A DNA stretch of 63,759 bases, the filler included, from Dirinaria sp. TL-2023a (lineage: Eukaryota), in NCBI GenBank assembly GCA_051941275.1. It is 13 parts of 13 records of this genome, joined end to end, with 100 filler letters (N's around TTAATTAATTAA, not from the genome) between each part and the next. Parts side by side here need not be neighbours in the genome. Positions count along the whole stretch, not along the records: positions 49,173 to 53,972 come from JAVEBF010001772.1; positions 54,073 to 58,870 come from JAVEBF010001773.1; positions 58,971 to 63,759 come from JAVEBF010001774.1; 10 more parts are not named here. One strand, given 5' to 3'. Both the position numbers and the translations under genes were made by a program. Each line of letters opens with the position of its first letter. The first letter of the stretch is position 1. The notes beneath the pieces are model-generated. The model was not told where the DNA came from, did no database searches, and saw only the letters and a program-made list of their open reading frames with translations. Below are positions 49,173-60,380 of the stretch, piece after piece.

Positions 49173-50227
49173 TGCTGGTGACGGCGAGGTTTTACACTCT
49201 GCGTGTAGTTTTGCAACATTTTCGGGCATTTCTTTGTGCTGTAGCACAATCTGCTTTACTAAGTTTCCAAGAAGATTCGTCGCCGTTTGTCTCTTATGAT
49301 CCTTGTAGTCACAATAGATGTAGGAAATGGAAACACCTTGGTCAATGAACATCGCTTGAAGGTGTTCAATGACAACAGATCTGCACGCAGTCAGCTACAG
49401 TGAATTCCGTTCGCTTGAGCGTAGGATCTTGGATACTCACGTCATCACAGACTTGCCTGCTCCAGCTAAAGAAAAACGTCAGTCGAAGTTGGAAAATGAG
49501 ACTTGAAAAACTTACGAATGCCGGTACACCACATTACGGAGGACCTGTCAGAAACGCCATTCTGCCAAGCCTTGAAGCCGTCAAGCTCCAAAAACCATTC
49601 ACCTGTGCCGGGGTGACGTTTCGAAAATATGTCATTATGCTTTTCGGAAAAGCTCAAGTCGGAAAGCCAGTTCAGCACCTTCTGATTGTCTTGAGTATCA
49701 TGCCATGCCTGCTGTTCCTTCCGTGCCTGTTTCACTTCTCCTAGAACACTGATTCCCACATTCAAGGCATCTATCGAGACCATATCGTTAAGATTCCGAC
49801 ATCGACGTTGTACTTTATCGATTGACTTCTGGAGCCCTTTGGCGCAAAATGGTGCCTTGAGTCGCTCCCAGCCCAATCGGTGTCCTTTCCCTCTTTTCTT
49901 CAATTCTTCTAGCAGGCGACTCAGCTCGTCTTCGCACGACTGGATGGAAAGCTTTGTTTCCGTGGTCGGCGGAGCATTGGGACCAAGTTCAGACAGTAAG
50001 ATCGACGGTCGGTCTTGGAAAGCGTCTTTGAAGTCGGGACTAAGAAGCAAATTTGTGCGCGTTTCGGATAAGATCGTCTTAAGACTTTGTAGCTCGCTCA
50101 TCAGGGCTTTTGCTTCCTTGGGTGCGTCCTTCCAGTCGAGCCCAAACTGGACGATAACTTGCGAGATTTGGATGGTTAGGCTGAGAATACCAACGATTCC
50201 CGATGCACCTCCAAGTGCTTCCGCCAT
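49173..50227 (-). CDS. Fungal NLR-like protein: HeLo-like N-terminal domain plus NACHT NTPase, partial; introns 49466-49515 and 49381-49440
   Basis: Hydrophobic N-terminal helix MAEALGGASGIVGILSLTIQI...KDAPKEA, then RHPGTGEWFLE, spliced P-loop GIPGAGKSVMTSVVI, and YIYCDYKD...QTATNLLGNLVKQ. Confidence 0.9.
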
Positions 50228-51811
50228 CGATCTGGCTCGTAATATTTCACCAGCAATGTGTCCTAATTATCGAGAACTGCTTTCTCAACTTTTGCTGCCT
50301 ATATAGTAGATAGTGCACGACAGTAGAGCTGGAAGAACTCAAGCAGTACCTGCGTTGCTAAAGCTTATATCCGACATTGCTCGACCCTCTATGATCTACG
50401 GGATCGATAGTCGTCATGATTCGAAGAGATAGCATTAGTTCACAGGAATGAAATGGGCAGTGGAAGTACAAGCCTACAAGGCTCGTTTCGCATCAGCTGA
50501 AATCAGCGCTCAATCCACGTGACATCTGCATTGAGGGTCACGGTAGGGTTAGTCAAGTGCCATCTCAGCCCTTATCTACCTTACTACATGAACTTAACAG
50601 CCTCAAACCCAATCACCTGCTCGCTCTATTATTTCTTTCCAGGTAAATATTATATTCGCCATCTTTAGGTCTCTCGCTGCTCTCTCCTGATTTTCTTTAG
50701 ATGTTTAGGTGTGGGTCATATAATGGTCAGTGATGGGAATGGATTTGCCGTAAGTGGCGAGCTCTAATCCTCGACTGCCAAGTATTTTGCTGCGTTGAGC
50801 ATTATCCACGTGCGAAATGCGTTCGTCTGTTGTTACTTTAGCGTCTACCTTAGCTATCCCGTAGTCTAAGGTAGCGGGACGAAATACAGAGAAACGGGAA
50901 AAAATGGGCAGTGACGGACGGGGAAACGTTCCGCAGATCCGAACGGATGGCCCGTGCCCTTGAACCGGGAAAGCGGGAGAGTGGGGGCTCGTAACTTGTA
51001 AGCGAGGTAAGGTAAAGTCCAAGGTATGTATGTAGGTAAGGTATCTCGGGTATTATTATTGTACAGTACTTGAATCAGTACTCGTAGGTCGCAGAAGCGC
51101 ACAAATCATGTCGGCCATTCAATTCAGACAAGTTCGCGACATCATCTCATCACCATCACAGACACTCCGCAGATCAACCTCGAAATTCGAATATCATCCA
51201 ACTCGCTAAAGCGGCTTACTATTGCATGCTATGCGAGATGCTGCATCTCTGCTCCAGTACAGTAATTCACATCAGGAACAACGTGACACTCCATCTGGTA
51301 CGCTCTGGCGAGCAGCACTGCACCCTGGGTAGCAAATTAGTGCGTCGGGGTGATCACCTTCGATGGTCTCTGGGACGGCTTCCAGTTGATCAGATTGGTG
51401 GCGTTGACCGCGCTAGCCAGGACTCATGGCGGCGTGGTTCGTAGTCTTCCTGATTGTTCACTGTCAAATTCCTTAAAGCGGGCTTCCGTGCAGAAACAGG
51501 TCTCAGATCAGGACAAGGTGGTGGCATGGCAATTTAGTTCGCCCAATCAGCAAAATACCCCGAAGCCGTCCACACCATTACCATCTGGACTGTAACGGCA
51601 ATTTCCTACTGTCACCTACCCCACCTCACTCATAATTATGCAGGCACGGCTGCTCAGCAACAACTAACATGTCCTTGAGGAATTTTCGGAGTTACTTAGC
51701 TGAAGCCCACTGCTGCTCCAAGATGCCCTCGCGTTCGCAACTTTCCACCCACTTCTTGGTTGTGAGAGCTGTTGATCAACGTGCGGTATCGATTCTTCGC
51801 TCTGTATCTGA

Positions 51812-53376
51812 ATGGATTACGCCGTCGGCCCTCCTCCCGAAGGAGGTGCACAGGATCGAGGCCGCCAGATTATCGTCACTGACTCGGTCATTTTTAGTAT
51901 CTCGTGGTCCATGGTGATCCTTAGGTTAATTACTCGTACTTGGATCACGCGAAACCTAGGATGGGATGATGCCACCATCCTCTTTGCCGCGGTAAGCGCA
52001 AAGGCTCCCGTCGAGACTTCATAGGCCTCATGTTGAGTGCATAGATGACGAACTCGGTCGGTTTGGGATATTACGTGTCAATGATCTTCTATGGGCTGGG
52101 ACGACACAAGTATTACCTCTCTGACTACGCCTTCAAGGAATTCCTTAAGTACGACTATCTAGACTGGATACAGGCGTTCATTACTTTGGCTGTTTCCAAG
52201 GTCTCGATCTGTCTCCTGTTACTTCGATTGTCCAAGTTCAGCAGGCTCAAGATGATCCTATACGCACTGATCGCCTTTCTTGCGCTGACCCATGTTCCCT
52301 TGACCTTTATGATTATTTTTCAATGCCATCCAATTAGCAAAGACTGGGATCCAGTCATCAGCGGGCATTGCTGGTCTAAAGCGATGGTCATGAGGATCCT
52401 GATCGCTCAAGGAGGTATACTTCATTATTAATTCAAATAGCTCGGGTGCTAAGCTTTATTATAGCCTTCTCAATCGTAACCGACTTTATTGGAGTCGCAA
52501 TACCGATAATGCTGCTTTGGAACATTCGGATGGAGACCAAGAACAAAATCGCGATATGGCTTCTCATGGGTTTCGGTGTCATGTAATGGCTCTGCACTGG
52601 CCAGAGTATCTACTATAGGCTAACGACTTTCAAGCACAGGTATCGCGTGCATCATCAGGACATCTTTGACCCCGGCCGTGAAATCGTTGGATTTGCCATG
52701 TAAGCCAAAAGCATATGTTCATCCCATATTGATCGTCGAAGTGAACTAACAGAGATTGATTCACCAGGGGACGCTGTGGGTATCTCGCTTGCAAAATGGT
52801 ACATCCCTATCTTTTTCCCCAGGACCCTACACCATAATCGCCTTCCCCTTCAGCCTCCATCATTTGAAAAACCACTGATGGGCCTGCAGCCTTGAAGTCA
52901 ACTTTGGCATTATGGCTGCCTGCCTCCCACTCATGAAACCACTGGTGACCTACCTCCGCAGCATCTACTTCGGCGAGGTGGTCGATCTTCGTCATCGTGC
53001 TCGCCACCAACAGAGTGATCTCCCCCCCGAGCAGAGATCTTCGGGACCATGGCGCCGCCTTCGAGGTTCAATCAGCGCTATAAAACCGCTCTGGACAAAT
53101 CGAAGACCGAGTGCAGACCGGGAGGTACGGGCCAAGGATCCAGAGCTAAAGAGGCAGTATACGCTGAGGAGATCGTTGCCTCGACTACCTTCGAGAGCAA
53201 TGACTATCGAAAAGGGCCAGCCCAGGTATGGCCGACAGACCACTCAGACTAGGGAAGAAGAAAGTCTTAGCCTGCCAATACAAGGGGTTCGGAGGACGAC
53301 TACTAGCTTTGAGTTTGAGGACCCTTTGCATGCGGGACTGGAGAGCGCTGATCGTCCGTGGTTGGAGAGGTTGTGA
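51812..53376 (+). CDS. PTH11-like (fungal rhodopsin-domain/SAT4-family) seven-TM membrane protein without CFEM, multi-exon
   Basis: LRLITR...LGWDD, YGLGRH, SKVSICLLLLRL, FQCHPISKDWDP..GHC, SIVTDF, and EVNFGIMAACLPLMKPL. GT-AG introns. Confidence 0.9.
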
Positions 53377-54144
53377 TAGATGATATGAAATCCCTGTTAG
53401 TCACATTCTAAGTCGCGCATTTTGGTAGCTCTGAGAAGGGGTGAGCATAGATCAAGTAAAACTTTTCATTTTAGATAGCGTAAGCGATACTGGATTCATG
53501 ATAAAGGCAATTAGATCTATAGAACCTTGAAATAATCTTTCGAAAGTCTCCAACAGATCATCACACTCACACCGCGCACTCTAAACCACACACAATCCTT
53601 AACTTAACAAAATAATACAATTTCATAACCCACCAACCAACCTCAATCCCCTACCCTCGTACCCGTCTGTCTCAACCCCCAAACCCAGTCCCCCTTTCAT
53701 GTAGCCACCACCATTACAGCTTACAAGTACCATCTATTTTAAAACCACCTACCCCTCCTCATAACATAATCCCTTGCCAGCGGCTAGATATATCTGCCGT
53801 TTTACTCTGTAAGTGGATGAATGATAAGATGAGATTGAGAGAGGTGTTTTGTTATTTAAGTTTTTGCGGAGAGCTTGGTTTTTTCAAGGCTTGTAGACGG
53901 GGGATATTAGCGGGCAGGAGAAGATGGAGAGGGAGGAAGCGGTTTTGTTGAAGGTGAGGGAAGGGGTGGGGANNNNNNNNNNNNNNNNNNNNNNNNNNNN
54001 NNNNNNNNNNNNNNNNTTAATTAATTAANNNNNNNNNNNNNNNNNNNNNNNNNNNNNNNNNNNNNNNNNNNNACCTTATGCAAGGACTCCATGTTGAAGA
54101 TGCGTCAGCCACATGATTTTTTTAGGATTTACAAGAAAAGAAAA

Positions 54145-54169
54145 GGAAAGGAAAGGAAAGGAAAGGAAA
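54145..54169. repeat. (GGAAA)5 microsatellite
   Basis: Seen directly near the contig start. Confidence 0.9.
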
Positions 54170-55299
54170 GAGAGCGCATCTCACACATCGACCTCATATC
54201 CACAGAAATCAAGGTCGTAAGTAAATAAAACTACTTAAGTTCAAAAATCCTGAAATTTTGGAATTTCAATTCCATGATCTGAACTGTTGGAAGGGATGTG
54301 TGTCTGGATGTGGGAGCCAGTATTATTATCGTAGGTTGGTGGCGAAGTAGTGAAAAAAAATTTTCAAATTAGACAGGGATAGGAATTTTGAAAAGGGTGA
54401 AGAGCTTTGAACCTTTAACCTAATAAGTCCCGGTAGGTCGGTGGTTGAGATCAGAGAGAGAGCGCGCCTGATACTCTGTCCGCTCGCCTGCCTACGATTT
54501 AAGGAAGGACAAGGGATTTCGAATTTGCGGGTAGAGAGAAGGTTGGTTAATTAATATATGAAGGGAAAACTGAGGTTAAGGAAACAACAAGACTGGTATG
54601 GAGGGAGAATGATGGGCACTTTGTGGAATATGGGTGTATGTGTATATGTTGGAAAGGTGGGGATGAAAAAAAAAAAAAAAAAAAGAACAGCCTGCCACTA
54701 GGTACTGTAGATTTGGATGGGTTGTCATTGCTATTGCTATTGCTCGCTTACAGTGGTTTCAACTGAGCTGAATAATGAACATGCTAGCTAATTCAACCCT
54801 CAACAACCCTTTCGGTGAGGGATGAGCTGCGACTCCGCCCTCCCTAACCTAATAAGCTCGGTCCGGTAAGAAACCTGGGAATGGACCAACGTGCAAATAA
54901 GAGGCCGTCAGAATAAATGCTTTCCGGACAAGGGCAATCGTAGACCAGCTAATGATTGAGCGATTGATTCAACGGACACGCCAGGCCTCGTATCGGATCA
55001 AAGTCGGAGAACATACAGGTAAAAATCCCGGAAAAAAAAATCCCCAGTGTGGGCATATGTGTACAGTTACTGGTCGGAGTGCTCGAATCCATTTGCAAGT
55101 GGCGCATGTCTGCCGCAGAGTCCTTGGCTCACTATTGCAAGTCAAAGCGCCAAGATTGTGGAAAAGCCAGTGAAACACCAGACGTCGGAAGAGGATCCTT
55201 GGCGACGATATGATGATCGGAGTGCCCTAATGTGTTTAGTCTCGTGTTCCATGTTGAAGGACGGACATTGCTATTTCTGTAGATTGGATCTGCCGACTT

Positions 55300-56037
55300 C
55301 TAGTCCATGTAGAAATCCCCCTTCAAGATACGCTCCTGGAAGTGATCTGGCACCGGCCGCTCTTTCTTGGCCGGCTTCGGTGGCGGAGGAGCTTCTGCTG
55401 CAAGAGGAGCAGAACGGGGAGATTCGCGGGAAAAGGATCCCGAGGCAGCACCTGTCGGGCTGGTGATCGAGGAGGACCTCTCGGCCCGGGACCTAAGCTG
55501 CTCAGACCAGCTGAAGCCTTCGCCTGAACGTTGATGGAATTGATTAGATAGTCTCTTTGTATAAGTTCCCGAACTCATCTGATTCGATGACCCGCCACGG
55601 CTTTCATCATTGGTGGGAGCTCTACCATTGTTACCCGTTCCCGCTCTGGCGTCTCTCAGAGCTCTTGCCCCAAAGCTCAAGCGTCGGCCGAACGTGGAAT
55701 TGGGCGAGCTGTTGGGCGGTGCATCACCATCCTCGATGGCACTCTCGTCAATGGAGCCGTTGCCGTTGCTGGACGAGCTTTCCGCCCTATTGCGTGCAAA
55801 GATGGAGGATGTTGGGGAGCCGCCCGTGACCAGCGCTGAAATGGAGGTTCGTCGACGTTGGTGAGCCTGGGCGCTGGCAGCAGCAGTTGCGATTGGGCCT
55901 GGGTAGGCATTCGTGGTGCCGCTGAGGCCAGTGGGGGATCGGCTGAACATGTCGGAGAACTTCTGTCCGGGGGATAGAGAGGCACGGCGAGCTGTGGGAG
56001 AAGGAGGGGTCGGCGGTTGGGAGTTTTCGTCAGACAT
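55300..56037 (-). CDS. Conserved fungal Ser-rich hypothetical protein ending PDHFQERILKGDFYMD; possible in-frame intron 55524-55625
   Basis: ATG 56037 in ACCATG context. Motifs RRAS, RRLSFGARA and GEGFSWSEQLRSRAER, plus the recognisable C-terminal motif. Confidence 0.85.
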   Translation of the reverse strand: MSDENSQPPTPPSPTARRASLSPGQKFSDMFSRSPTGLSGTTNAYPGPIATAAASAQAHQRRRTSISALVTGGSPTSSIFARNRAESSSSNGNGSIDESAIEDGDAPPNSSPNSTFGRRLSFGARALRDARAGTGNNGRAPTNDESRGGSSNQMSSGTYTKRLSNQFHQRSGEGFSWSEQLRSRAERSSSITSPTGAASGSFSRESPRSAPLAAEAPPPPKPAKKERPVPDHFQERILKGDFYMD

Positions 56038-57133
56038 GGTATCAGAGGGGCGAGAGGTGTGATAAGATAAGTACAAGTATGTCGGAAGATTTGCTAGTCG
56101 GAGCACGTTTCGGTGATCCAAGTGGACCACGGCCGAAGGTATCAACAAACAACCTTTAACACAGTAATTGGGCGAAGGAGGTAGCCGGTTGAAGTGGGAT
56201 GAAGAATTGAACAAGAGTGGGGGAATTGGCAGATGACGACAAGAAGGAAGGAAGATTCATATCAGTCATCAAATCAAGGGAGGGGGGAAGGTGTGAGAGA
56301 TGTGAGGTATGTTGAAGAGTAAGTACTTGACGGTAAGTGTAGTCAACCAGCCAAAGCTCAGGTAGTCCCGAGTTGTCCAGTAGGAAGAGAAAGTGACACG
56401 CACGCCAATAATCCGCGACTAGGGGGGCAGGGGGGTTGCGCCGGTTAAGGCCAGTAACTAGTAGTACTGACTACCTTACTGGACTACGGAGGTACTTGGT
56501 GTCAGACCCAGCAAGGGGGAGCGCTTTCGAATGTGGGGTAAGGCTATTATCCATATAAGGTTTAGCTCATCTTCCCCCCTGGCGGCCCATACACAGTCGC
56601 TTGAAGATCTGCAGCAGGGGTGGCATTAGTCAGGTAGGATCGGCAATGTGCCCTTTGTTTCTATGGCTACTCAAAGCCCGACGTGCGTGGGTAACGCGTC
56701 CTCAATGTGCCCGTTATACAGAAATAGAAGCGCTCAAGGAAATCGGTGCTGTTTTCAGCGAGCGCTTGGATCGTTCCTTCTGCCACCGGACGCTTCCTGA
56801 CTCCTGCACCAGCCGGCTTGTATCAAGCTTTCAATCACAACCCTATTCCATTGACGGTAACAGCTCGGATTGGTAGGCCTGACGAGCGATGCCATACGGC
56901 TGGTGGTTTTGTTTGGGAACTCCGTACAGCAAGATGATATCATGTTCTGACCATCCTGCGAAGCGAGCCATCGAGGATGATCGAAACCCTCTCTCGCTTG
57001 CCTCTTTGTTAGTCCGTAGCTGTAAAAGGCCAATAGCCATTAGCCGGGCACAGATGTGTGCTTGTCAGACTGTTCGAATGCTCCAGCGTGACACCAGAGC
57101 GAATCCAGGCGCTCCCTTGGTGCAATGGTATTG

Positions 57134-58266
57134 TTACCCTTTGACCATCAAGATCTACGAGCAATGGTGTCAGTGTGAGACTTGGGAGCCGCTACAAACT
57201 CGAAAACGTACCTCGTTAAGGGCTCTAGGGTCAGCCACGGCCATTTTCTTTTGCTGGATATAACGCAGCCGGACCGCTTGTCTGCTGAAACACGGTGACG
57301 GAGCTGGCTGCGTATCTTCAGCTACAGTCACAATCTCGCCTTCCTCTGGTGCTCTGCGGCGATCCGCAACAAGTCGACCCTCGCCCTCTTCAAGAGCTGC
57401 TTTCTTCCGAGCGCTTTTCGCTTCTTTCCTTGAACGTCTTTCCAGCTTTCTTTGTACCTTTTCAGCCCGCTTTCGCTCCTTTTCTTCTGCCGATGCCCTC
57501 CTCATGGTGCTAGTAGTTGCATGTTCGGCGGGCTTGAAAGTGGCTGCTGGAACAGTATCATGGCTTTTAGCCTTGATCTCTGAAATTTGATCTGCATTGG
57601 CTTGCGTGCGGTCCTTCTTCCTCGTCTTTGACTTTCCAGTCTTCTTTGCCGTGCTAGCAGCCACGGATGCGTCCGCCACTGTATTTTCTAGGGTATCTTC
57701 CGTCGCCTCTGAGCTGGATCGTATGGCTTTCGGTGTTGTTGAAGATGCTTCTTTGTCTAGAGCTGGGACGGCACGTTGACCACTCTGGGATTGTTCCATG
57801 CAGTCTCCAACAAGAACACCTCCACTAACGAAACGCATAGGCCCCCACCGTTGCTCGACATAATTGACTCTGCGTAAACCGTCCCTAGTTTCTTGCTCAG
57901 TGGCGAGTGCGGCATCGCTCTTTCCATTCAGGCGGCCTAAGAGACCTTGGAAAGCATCAAGACCTGTTTGCAAAACAGCAGGCCCACCCCCTCTCCTTGC
58001 ACCAAGGCCGAGATTGTCATCTTTCAATGCAACCCTTACGTGCGCAATTCCTCTAGGCCTTGAATACGGCTTGTTCCGAGCCCCCAGCGACGCTCCAGGC
58101 ACCCAGCCTTGAGACTGTAGCATTCGTTGCCCATAATTGTCGATCTCTCGAGTCCATGCCGTATTGTTTGGATCGTAAGAAAACTTGGTACGCCTTTGAC
58201 AGTCAGCATCGTCGACATGATACCCAAGGAGTATGGTAGGTACTTTCGTGACTCTCCTAACCCCAT
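57134..58266 (-). CDS. PXR1: G-patch protein PXR1/Gno1/PinX1 (ribosome biogenesis); introns 58194-58243 and 57155-57211
   Basis: MGLGESRK/RTKFSYDPNNTAW, G-patch YGQRMLQSQGWVPGASLG...KDDNLGLGA, GLDAFQGLLGRLNGK, KKE-rich tail, and RYIQQKKMA..D..ALNEILMVK. Confidence 0.93.
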
Positions 58267-58521
58267 TTTCCAAAAGGCTTACAGTGAACTACCTTATCCA
58301 AATAAAAGTTCCACGCAAGATCTTACTTTTGTGCCGCGGCTCGGGTAAACTTTCCCTGCATGGACACTAGAATGCTCAGATATGATGAACAAGCTTTGTA
58401 AGGAGACAACAACCATAGCTACGGAGTGCTTCACAAGAGTCTCGACGAGTCTTTTAGAACTGCACAATGTTATGTGATCATGGTTCAAACGGGCCTTAGA
58501 AACAGACGCCTGTCGGATGCA

Positions 58522-58864
58522 ATGGCACCAAACAAGAACGGACCGGATGTACGAAGCCAGCCTCAGGTTACTGTTCCCAGAGCTGTGGATGAAGGCTGTC
58601 ACGATCGTGACAAAAGTGAAGACATAGTCGCCAATACTCCAACGGGCGCGCCGGCATACCAAGATGACGAAGTTATCCAATTGGCACGTGATTTGCAGAG
58701 AAATGTATACAGGCCGGCCCCGTCTCTGCCCACGGATTGACGGTTTCCAGATTCAAACACGTCGAACAGAACGTCGGCAACAGATCGAAAAGGACTACCA
58801 TGCCACTATGCGGAAACTGGAAGATTCCATGAATGCTCGCGTCACAGAGATATCCAAGGGAATG
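58522..58864 (+). CDS. Partial hypothetical protein (coiled-coil), divergent from PXR1
   Basis: ATG 58522, GTATAC..TTGAC..CCAG intron (~58705-58750), helical second exon, and a GTGAGT donor at the contig end. Confidence 0.5.
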
Positions 58865-59454
58865 TGAGTCNNNNNNNNNNNNNNNNNNNNNNNNNNNNNN
58901 NNNNNNNNNNNNNNTTAATTAATTAANNNNNNNNNNNNNNNNNNNNNNNNNNNNNNNNNNNNNNNNNNNNGTAAACCCTCCACCCCCTCAAACCACTTAC
59001 ATCCCAAAACCCCCCCTGAAGACCAAACCATCTTTCTCCCTCCATCTTGTTTCCGACCCTTACAAAAAGATATGCCATATTACAACAAAAGCTCATACAT
59101 ACTTCTGATTCCCAAACAACTTCGATCTCCAGATCGAGGCTATGGGTCTAGATCCTTTCAAATCCATGAAACTGTCTCCTTGTCTCTTAAACAGCTCTAC
59201 TCATATATCGATCTAGCATGGAATCCCGGTCGTGGGTTTTATAGAATAGGTCTTTTACTTAGAGAGATAGAAATATGATGATATTTCTGCCGAGGAAAGT
59301 CTTGGTTTATAGCTTTAATAAGAATTATGTATGTTACAGTCCCGCGAGCGTAGCGGTGTGATTATGATATACATACAGAGTTCTGGAGAAATCTATCTCT
59401 CAGGCGAGGATTGGGGAAAGGGAGAGGTGGGGCAATTCGGCGTTTGATCAGAAA

Positions 59455-59489
<35 letters not shown>

Positions 59490-60380
59490 TTTTCAAGGAC
59501 TAGCGGTATTTTGGAGTGGTTTTATGGAGGGGAGGTCTGAGAGGGGGTATTTTGAAGGTTTTTTTTATGTATTATTGGTTTTATTTCGTATATGTAGATA
59601 TTGTTGAGGAGATAAAAGGGGAATATATGGAGAGTAAGAGGGGATAATTTGTATTAATTGTAGCTTACTGGATTTTCTATAATAAAGATCCGGAGTATAT
59701 GGCGCTTTATGCGCGAGATAGGAATTTTTTGAAAGAGTAGGTTACAGGGACCCGTCGAAAGTCTCCTTTAACATGGGTGCTTAAGGTCGCGGTAGTTACG
59801 TCGAAGGCTCTCTATACTGACTCTCGATGAAAACACTCGTGTTAAATCTGCATTGTGAGTGAGTGGATTGATATAGAGGAGTTTCGGTTGTAGGATTTGA
59901 AGATCCACAGTGCATGTTTGCTGCATGCAACGCTTGAAGACGCAGAGCCGCTGATATAAATCGAGAATGAATGAGGGAAGAGTGTGGAATGGCTCGATGG
60001 GAAGGATCCTTGACCTGTTGCCGAGAGACAGCTTTGAGTTCCTGTCAATGTCGAATTGGTGGTGGGTAATACGCAGAGATCGGTAGCTTTCTAGCTTTTT
60101 TCAAGTGAGGAAGACAGACGCAAAGCTCACGGCTTAAGGTAGCAGAAGGAATTGAGTTCCATTGAGAACCAAACCCCGCATAATGGACTTGATGTGAGAG
60201 ATTTATGATACGCATCTACGAGAGTATAGATTGAGACAATCTGTTGACTTGTATCTGCAGTAGCTACGATGAAAAGGCTCTCATTCCCTACCCTCATAAC
60301 TTGTTTAACAATTACTTTGTCATTGAGTATGAACACCTTGTTGAAGAAAAGGCACAGACAGAAAAAGGCGGGCTCAGGGG

